In this document: positions 1 through 8,769 of the stretch, in pieces
Layout: every line of letters begins with the position of its first letter
Numbering within the stretch: the stretch's first letter is position 1
IMG/VR virus record: IMGVR_UViG_2563366806_000007
Direction: 5' to 3' (one strand)
Origin: a virus
Taxonomy: Duplodnaviria; Heunggongvirae; Uroviricota; Caudoviricetes
DNA length: 8,769 bases
The notes under the pieces: model-generated
Databases searched by the model: none
Told to the model about the DNA's origin: nothing
Seen by the model: the letters and a program-made list of their open reading frames with translations, nothing else
Translations under genes and position numbers: made by a program

Positions 1-504
1 TTATTGATAGTGTTTTATGTTCAGATAATGCCCGATGACTTTGTCATGCAGCTCCACCGATTTTGAGAACGACAGCGACTTCCGTCCCAGCCGTGCCAGG
101 TGCTGCCTCAGATTCAGGTTATGCCGCTCAATTCGCTGCGTATATCGCTTGCTGATTACGTGCAGCTTTCCCTTCAGGCGGGATTCATACAGCGGCCAGC
201 CATCCGTCATCCATATCACCACGTCAAAGGGTGACAGCAGGCTCATAAGACGCCCCAGCGTCGCCATAGTGCGTTCACCGAATACGTGCGCAACAACCGT
301 CTTCCGGAGCCTGTCATACGCGTAAAACAGCCAGCGCTGGCGCGATTTAGCCCCGACATAGCCCCACTGTTCGTCCATTTCCGCGCAGACGATGACGTCA
401 CTGCCCGGCTGTATGCGCGAGGTTACCGACTGCGGCCTGAGTTTTTTAAGTGACGTAAAATCGTGTTGAGGCCAACGCCCATAATGCGGGCTGTTGCCCG
501 GCAT
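1..504 (-). CDS. insB: IS1 InsB' reading frame (catalytic part of the transposase, normally made as InsAB' by -1 frameshifting from insA)
   Basis: ORF translation ...[60 protein letters not shown]... recognised as IS1 InsB. The Met at 504 given by the ORF track is internal; the stop codon is at 1-3. Confidence 0.9.
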
Positions 505-698
505 CCAACGCCATTCATGGCCATATCAATGATTTTCTGGTGCGTACCGGGTTGAGAAGCGGTGTAAGTGAACTGCAGTTGCCATGTTTTACGGCAGTGA
601 GAGCAGAGATAGCGCTGATGTCCGGCGGTGCTTTTGCCGTTACGCACCACCCCGTCAGTAGCTGAACAGGAGGGACAGCTGATAGAAACAGAAGCCAC
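423..698 (-). CDS. insA: IS1 InsA, transposition regulator / N-terminal part of the InsAB' transposase
   Basis: 91-aa [43 protein letters not shown]... with a zinc-finger-like CxxC...CxxC pattern; recognised as IS1 InsA. Confidence 0.95.
441..447 (-). other. IS1 A6C programmed -1 ribosomal frameshift motif linking the insA and insB' frames
   Basis: Plus strand reads GTTTTTT at 441-447, i.e. AAAAAAC on the coding strand, inside the insA/insB' overlap. Confidence 0.8.
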
Positions 699-854
699 TG
701 GAGCACCTCAAAAACACCATCATACACTAAATCAGTAAGTTGGCAGCATCACCGAATTAAGTCAGGTGTAAGTATAAGTGCCATTGCCCGGGAATTCAAA
801 ACCTCGCGGCAAACCATTTTAAGAGCCAAAGCAAAACTTCAGACACCTGACATA

Positions 855-878
855 TAAAAAATAATCTCGGTGTGAGAT
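855..878 (-). terminator. Candidate intrinsic terminator downstream of the tfa-derived stop codon
   Basis: On the minus strand, a 5-bp stem ATCTC/GAGAT with loop ACACC (864-878) is followed by TATTTTTTAT (855-863). It lies ~77 nt past the stop at 955. Confidence 0.35.
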
Positions 879-954
879 GCTTTACGTCTTCCAAGCCACC
901 TTCCTTGCCGTAAATGGAAAGATACATCTAATTATAGAATTTATATGTTTTACC

Positions 955-3944
<2,990 letters not shown>

Positions 3945-3970
<26 letters not shown>

Positions 3971-4490
3971 TCAGCAACCCCGGTATCAGTTCATCCAGCG
4001 CGGCTGCTTTGTTCATGGCTTTGATGATATCCCGTTTCAGGAAATCAACATGTCGGTTTTCCAGTTCCGGAAAACGCCGCTGCACCGACAGGGGGATCCC
4101 GTCGAGAATACTGGCAATTTCACCTGCGATCCGCGACAGCACGAAAGTACAGAATGCGGTTTCCACCACTTCAGCGGAGTCTCTGGCATTTTTCAGCTCC
4201 TGTGCGTCGGCCTGCGCACGCGTAAGTCGATGGCGTTCGTACTCAATAGTCCCTGGCTGGAGATCTGTCTCGCTGGCCTGCCGCAGTTCTTCAACTTCCC
4301 GGCGCAGCTTTTCGTTCTCAATTTCAGCATCCCTTTCGGCATACCATCTTATAACGGCGGCAGAGTCATAAAGCACCTCATTACCCTTGCCACCGCCTCG
4401 CAGAACGGGCATTCCCTGTTCCTGCCAGTTCTGAATGGTACGGATACTCGCACCGAAAATGTCAGCCAGCTGCTTTTTGTTGACTTCCAT
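3945..4490 (-). CDS. nohA: Terminase small subunit gpNu1 (Qin-type prophages call the homologue NohA)
   Basis: 181-aa ORF MEVNKKQLADIFGASIRTIQNWQEQGMPVLRGGGKGNEVLYDSAAVIRWYAERDAEIENEKLRREVEELRQASE..., recognised as lambda Nu1 with an N-terminal winged-HTH. It sits ~180 bp downstream of cosN on the minus strand, as in lambda. Confidence 0.95.
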
Positions 4491-4511
4491 TGTTCATTCC
4501 ACGGCCAAAAA

Positions 4512-4627
4512 CAGAGAAAGGAAACGACAGAGGCCCAAAAGCTCGTTTTCAGCACCTGTCGTTTCCTTTCTTTTCAGGGGGTATTTTAAATAAAAACATT
4601 AAGTTACGACGAAGAAGAACGGAAATG
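4512..4627 (-). promoter_or_regulatory. cosB terminase-binding region (R1 about 4512-4530, R2 about 4549-4566, R3 about 4608-4627, with an AT-rich IHF-type bend segment about 4580-4606)
   Basis: Minus-strand reading gives GCATTTCCGTTCTTCTTCGTCG (R3), AAAGGAAACGACAGGTGCTGAAAAC (R2) and CTCTGTCGTTTCCTTTCTCTG (R1), matching remembered lambda cosB elements. Spacing relative to cosN and the Nu1 start is lambda-like. Confidence 0.8.
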
Positions 4628-4667
4628 CCTTAAACCGGAAAATTTTCATAAATAGCGAAAACCCGCG

Positions 4668-4679
4668 AGGTCGCCGCCC
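4668..4679. other. cosN, the 12-nt cohesive-end site (GGGCGGCGACCT on the minus strand)
   Basis: Plus strand 4668-4679 is AGGTCGCCGCCC. The minus-strand context CGACAGGTTACG|GGGCGGCGACCT|CGCGGGTTTTCGCTATTTATGAAAATTTTCCGG is the lambda right-end/left-end junction. Confidence 0.9.
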
Positions 4680-4680
4680 C

Positions 4681-4711
4681 GTAACCTGTCGAATCGCCGG
4701 AAAGGACCCGC
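4681..4711 (-). other. cosQ-like region on the right-end side of cosN
   Basis: Minus-strand CGGGTCCTTTCCGGCGATTCGACAGGTTAC closely resembles the lambda right-end sequence GGGTCCTTTCCGGTGATCCGACAGGTTACG, with a few substitutions. Confidence 0.6.
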
Positions 4712-4878
4712 AAAATGATAATAATTATCATCTGCATGTCACAACGTGCATCTACGCAATCAAACCACGTCAAATAATCAATTATGACGCAGATATCGTA
4801 TTAATTGATCTGCATCAACTTAACGTAAAAACAACTTCAGACAATACAAATCAGCGACACTGAATACGGGACAACCTC

Positions 4879-5112
4879 ATGTCAACGAAAAACATAACCC
4901 GCAGAACAACAACCCGCAACATCCGCTTTCCTAACCAAATGATTGAACAAATTAACATCGCTCTTGAGCAAAAAGGGTCCGGGAATTTCTCAGCCTGGGT
5001 CATTGAAGCCTGCCGCCGGAGACTGTGCTCAGAAAAAAGAGTTTCTTCTGAAGCAAACAAAGAAAAGAGTGACATTACTGAATTGCTCAGAAAACAGGTC
5101 AGACCAGATTGA
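4879..5112 (+). CDS. ynfO: YnfO-like small protein with a probable ribbon-helix-helix DNA-binding fold
   Basis: 77-aa ORF MSTKNITRRTTTRNIRFPNQMIEQINIALEQKGSGNFSAWVIEACRRRL..., recognised as Qin-prophage YnfO. The pattern is a beta-strand (NIRFP), helix, G-containing turn, second helix, then a charged tail. No clear Shine-Dalgarno. Confidence 0.8.
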   Translation: MSTKNITRRTTTRNIRFPNQMIEQINIALEQKGSGNFSAWVIEACRRRLCSEKRVSSEANKEKSDITELLRKQVRPD

Positions 5113-5169
5113 AGCAATTTAGATAATCGTGCAGACTACGCCCCCTCATATCACATGGAAGGTTTATCT

Positions 5170-5580
5170 ATGGATCAGGTAGTCATTTTTAAACAAATAT
5201 TTGATAAAGTTCGAAACGATTTAAACTATCAATGGTTTTATTCTGAGCTAAAACGTCACAATGTCTCACATTACATTTACTATTTAGCCACAGAGAATGT
5301 TCATATTGTATTAAAAAATGATAATACAGTGTTATTAAAGGGCCTAAAAAACATTGTGTCTGTCAAATTTTCAAAGGATAGGCATCTTATAGAAACGACC
5401 TCTAATAAGCTGAAATCCAGAGAGATCACATTTCAGGAATACAGAAGAAACCTTGCTAAAGCAGGAGTTTTTCGGTGGGTTACAAATATCCACGAACAAA
5501 AAAGATATTACTATACCTTTGATAATTCATTACTATTTACTGAAAGCATCCAGAAAACTACACAGATCTTACCACGCTAA
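5170..5580 (+). CDS. ydfO: YdfO-like protein of unknown function (DUF1398-type)
   Basis: [50 protein letters not shown]... The ATG at 5170 is preferred over the track's 5155 because GGAAGG at 5157-5162 gives a 7-nt spacer and 136 aa. The gene is AT-rich. Confidence 0.85.
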
Positions 5581-5588
5581 ACCATAAC

Positions 5589-5617
5589 GTCCGGCTTCTC
5601 TCACTCCTGAGCCGGAC
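5589..5617. terminator. Stem-loop between the convergent ydfO and gnsB genes (possible bidirectional terminator, no strong U-tract)
   Basis: 8-bp stem GTCCGGCT/AGCCGGAC with a 13-nt loop, starting 9 nt after the ydfO stop. Confidence 0.3.
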
Positions 5618-5731
5618 TGCATTGGTTTAATAAAAACCATCAACAATTGTGATTTAGATATTCGGAACCATTCAAATATAACAAAACCCCGTAAAAACGA
5701 GGTTTATGGATAAATTTTATTATTGAATACA

Positions 5732-5905
5732 TCAGATTAAATTAATCTTGACATCATAGCTTTCAAGACCCGTCATTTTTTCCCGTGCGGTAAACTGAAT
5801 ACTGGTAACTTCTTTCCCGGTCTTTTTCTTAAGTTCAATAATTTTTTTTGTTATATATTCAGAAATATCTGCTTCTGCTTTTGTTTTTAAGTTTTCAATA
5901 TTCAT
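5732..5905 (-). CDS. gnsB: GnsB-like 57-aa protein (Gns family)
   Basis: Hand translation of the minus strand gives MNIENLKTKAEADISEYITKKIIELKKKTGKEVTSIQFTAREKMTGLESYDVKINLI*. It is below the ORF-track size cut-off. A Shine-Dalgarno AAGAGGA lies 5-6 nt upstream of the ATG. Confidence 0.9.
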   Translation of the reverse strand: MNIENLKTKAEADISEYITKKIIELKKKTGKEVTSIQFTAREKMTGLESYDVKINLI

Positions 5906-6076
5906 CATTTCCTCTTTTAGTCTGTTATGACTTTCCAGTTACACAGTAAGTCGATTATATGGTGCAAACGTGTAAAAGATAAGATGAAACATCGCAATAA
6001 TCAACATACGATAGTCTAAATTTTACACAAACAGACAAAGAGAATTTTCCTGAATTATCAATGCAATAGCATCAAA

Positions 6077-6232
6077 TCAACTCAAGAGCCTTATTGCTGC
6101 TTCCAGAATTTCTTCTGAAGTAACATGTCGATCCGCGGCTACATAAATGACTTTATGATCTCCGGTCAGAGATGGAAACCCTGCGGCCATTACAGTAAGG
6201 TGTGTTTTTTCGCCATTTGGATATTCACGCAT
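6077..6232 (-). CDS. ynfN: YnfN-like small protein (51 aa from the ATG at 6232; the ORF extends in frame to a GTG at 6268)
   Basis: ORF ...MREYPNGEKTHLTVMAAGFPSLTGDHKVIYVAADRHVTSEEILEAAIRLLS, recognised as Qin-prophage YnfN. Start choice is uncertain: ATG 6232 with GGAG 12 nt upstream, ATG 6253, or GTG 6268. Confidence 0.6.
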   Translation of the reverse strand: MREYPNGEKTHLTVMAAGFPSLTGDHKVIYVAADRHVTSEEILEAAIRLLS

Positions 6233-6350
6233 GATGGTGTTAACTCCAGTCATCGCTGGCACTACCACTGCTGGTTCAGAGTTAAAAAAACTATGATTTT
6301 TTTCATGATGTTACCGTAGTATGTGAGTATCCATCGAATAGACACCAAGC

Positions 6351-6370
6351 AAAAAAGCTCCCGAAGGAGC
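6351..6370 (-). terminator. Intrinsic terminator between cspI and ynfN
   Basis: On the minus strand, stem GCTCC / tetraloop TTCG / GGAGC (6357-6370) is immediately followed by TTTTTTG (6351-6356). Confidence 0.6.
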
Positions 6371-6577
6371 CTTCATTTTCACTTTTTTAAATCCAACGAC
6401 AGACGGCTGGCATTTAAGTATTGTGAAATATTATCAAATGTAATCATCATTGATTTACAAAAGATACATTTTGCCCCGAAAGGATTCATGTCAGAAACAT
6501 CAAAAGATGATGTTCTATACTGGGAACCATGACAACACGGGCATCTAAAGTGAATATGGTTTGTAATATTGTCTACC

Positions 6578-6790
6578 TCAAAGCGCCACTACATGAACAG
6601 CGGCAGGACCTTTAGGTCCGTTCTCAATACCAAATTCAACTTCCTGATTCTCAGTTAATGTTTTGAAATCGTTGCTCTGAATTGCTGAGAAATGGACAAA
6701 CACATCTTTGCTGCCATCTTTCGGCGTGATGAAACCAAAACCTTTTTCAGGGTTAAACCATTTCACTAAACCAGTCATTTTGTTAGACAT
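6578..6790 (-). CDS. cspI: Cold-shock protein, CspA family (CspI-like)
   Basis: 70-aa [73 protein letters not shown] with RNP1-like KGFGFI and RNP2-like VFVHF motifs. Shine-Dalgarno AAAGG upstream in cspA-like context. Confidence 0.95.
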   Translation of the reverse strand: MSNKMTGLVKWFNPEKGFGFITPKDGSKDVFVHFSAIQSNDFKTLTENQEVEFGIENGPKGPAAVHVVAL

Positions 6791-6960
6791 AATTATTACC
6801 TTTTGAAGAAATTAGCCCTTGGGCAGAATGGTCCGAAAAAAATATCAGAGAGAAAAACCAACAAGGAAATCTCAAGAGGTACAAATAATAAAATTATAAC
6901 AATGACTGCTTCAGATAAATTTGTAACAAACCAGAACACCATTAACGCATGATTAACCAC
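6791..6960 (-). promoter_or_regulatory. cspI 5' leader and promoter region (long AT-rich untranslated leader typical of cspA-family genes)
   Basis: About 360 bp of AT-rich non-coding sequence lies between the rzpQ stop and the cspI ATG. A perfect TATAAT occurs on the minus strand at 6893-6898 without a good -35; transcription start not determinable by eye. Confidence 0.4.
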
Positions 6961-7151
6961 CCATAGCAAGGATTACTTTTGTAAAGAAAAACACAGCAAT
7001 GAAAGAATAGCTTTATTTATTAATAAAACGTGTCATTCTGATTAAGACCTTTTATCTTACCCTTAAGATTTCAGGAATTTTGGCTCATGGAAGAGTCCTT
7101 TTTATTTAAATTTTACATTCCGCGATGTAAATGTTCCGATTTAATATTACC

Positions 7152-8179
<1,028 letters not shown>

Positions 8180-8234
8180 GGATATTTATCAGGATGCTAC
8201 CAATGAAAGATACTGGAAAGCCAACTGCAAAAAG

Positions 8235-8549
8235 CTAACAACCCGTAATCGAGTTATCTGAACTGTTAATTTTTATGGTATACCGAGCCTCTGAACAGGG
8301 TCGCGTTTCTGGCAACAGCTCGTCCCCTTCACATAACCCGGCAGCAACATCCAGGAAGACCTGTCTGATGCTCCTTCTGGCTGCTGCCTCATAAAACTCC
8401 AGCGCGGCACCTTCAACATGGTCCAGCGAGATGTCCAGGTCAAAAATTTCACCGTCAAAGCGTTCTTTGTCCCGTAACGCTAAAGTTACCGTAACTTTAT
8501 TCTCAAAATTGCGGATCCCTTTCACAATCAGTTCATATTTTTGAGTCAT
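8235..8549 (-). CDS. ydfR: YdfR-like small acidic protein of unknown function (DUF1327-type), located between holin and endolysin
   Basis: 104-aa ORF MTQKYELIVKGIRNFENKVTVTLALRDKERFDGEIFDLDISLDHVEGAALEFYEAAARRSIRQVFLDVAAGLCEGDELLPETRPCSEARYTIKINSSDNSITGC. Shine-Dalgarno GGGGAGAG lies 7 nt upstream, inside the holin 3' end. No transmembrane segment. Confidence 0.85.
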   Translation of the reverse strand: MTQKYELIVKGIRNFENKVTVTLALRDKERFDGEIFDLDISLDHVEGAALEFYEAAARRSIRQVFLDVAAGLCEGDELLPETRPCSEARYTIKINSSDNSITGC

Positions 8550-8553
8550 TGAA

Positions 8554-8769
8554 TTACTCTCCCCGTGCAGCCTTACGCTTGTCTTCTTTAATCTTGAAAT
8601 AAAGGTTTGTCAGATACGTCAGCATGCCAAATACCAGACTACCCAATACACCTATTGCCGCCCACTGTGAGGGCGTGACTTTATCGAGCAACTGTAAAAA
8701 CCAGTAGCCAGCACTGCCTGCAGAGGTGCTGTAGGCGATGCCCGTTGTTAACTTATCCATGGATTTCAT
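8554..8769 (-). CDS. essQ: Class II holin (phage 21 S-type) with dual-start motif; start codon is the last three bases of the window
   Basis: 71-aa [74 protein letters not shown]. Two hydrophobic segments and a charged C-terminus; the M1-K2-S3-M4 arrangement is typical of holin/antiholin dual starts. The ribosome-binding site lies outside the window. Confidence 0.9.
   Translation of the reverse strand: MKSMDKLTTGIAYSTSAGSAGYWFLQLLDKVTPSQWAAIGVLGSLVFGMLTYLTNLYFKIKEDKRKAARGE

Larger units (their letters stand above)
1..753 (-). mobile_element. IS1 insertion sequence, partial in window (about 15 bp of the insB-proximal end lies before position 1)
   Basis: Reverse complement of the IS1 terminal inverted repeat GGTGATGCTGCCAACTTACTGAT sits at 731-753. 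The InsA and InsB' ORFs and the A6C frameshift motif are in the expected arrangement. The ~768 bp IS1 length is from memory. Confidence 0.95.

Noticed and set aside
515-727. 70-aa minus-strand ORF inside IS1 (also 35..325 plus)
   Set aside because: Alternative-frame or antisense ORFs within IS1, overlapping insA/insB'. They are not part of the known IS1 coding organisation.
790-800. CCCGGGAATTC (adjacent SmaI and EcoRI sites), which could hint at a cloning-vector polylinker
   Set aside because: It is only 11 bp. Flanking sequence is natural IS1 and phage DNA with no other vector hallmarks, so this is most likely chance.
4050-4589. 179-aa plus-strand ORF (also 4009..4371 plus and 4349..4555 minus)
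   Set aside because: They overlap Nu1 and the cosB region in the wrong strand or frame. Cys/Ser/Phe-rich low-complexity translations are typical of spurious frames.
5155-5169. Upstream ATG at 5155 as the ydfO start (141 aa, as in the ORF track)
   Set aside because: The GGAAGG Shine-Dalgarno lies downstream of that ATG and is correctly spaced for the ATG at 5170; the longer start has no ribosome-binding site.
6323-6532. 69-aa plus-strand ORF in the cspI-ynfN spacer
   Set aside because: AT-rich intergenic sequence; the ORF runs through the minus-strand terminator hairpin, has no Shine-Dalgarno and a low-complexity translation.
6487-6577. Small minus-strand ORFs in the cspI 3' region (for example MNPFGAKCIFCKSMMITFDNISQYLNASRLSLDLKK)
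   Set aside because: No ribosome-binding site and no recognisable motif. Retained only as part of the untranslated-region observation.

Overview
This window reads as the late region of a defective lambdoid (Qin-type) prophage of an enterobacterium, ending in an IS1 element. All identifications rest on reading the sequence and ORF translations against remembered protein families; no database search was run. On the minus strand, in transcription order: class II holin (start codon at the window edge), a small acidic ydfR-like gene, a signal/SAR-type GH24 endolysin, an Rz-like i-spanin with an embedded Rz1-like lipoprotein, then an AT-rich cargo block (cspI, ynfN, gnsB, and the opposite-strand pair ynfO/ydfO). 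This is followed by a lambda-type cos region (cosQ, cosN, cosB), intact-looking Nu1, A and W, and a portal gene that is cut after codon 211 and continues in frame into the tail of a tail-fiber-assembly gene. The whole head and tail module is therefore missing. About 200 bp further on lies an IS1 copy (insA, insB', A6C frameshift motif), with roughly 15 bp of its far end beyond the window start. I see no tRNA, rRNA or CRISPR array. I do not see clear evidence of a new system; the most open questions are the ynfO/ydfO pair, the gene sitting between holin and endolysin, and the in-frame portal::Tfa chimera.
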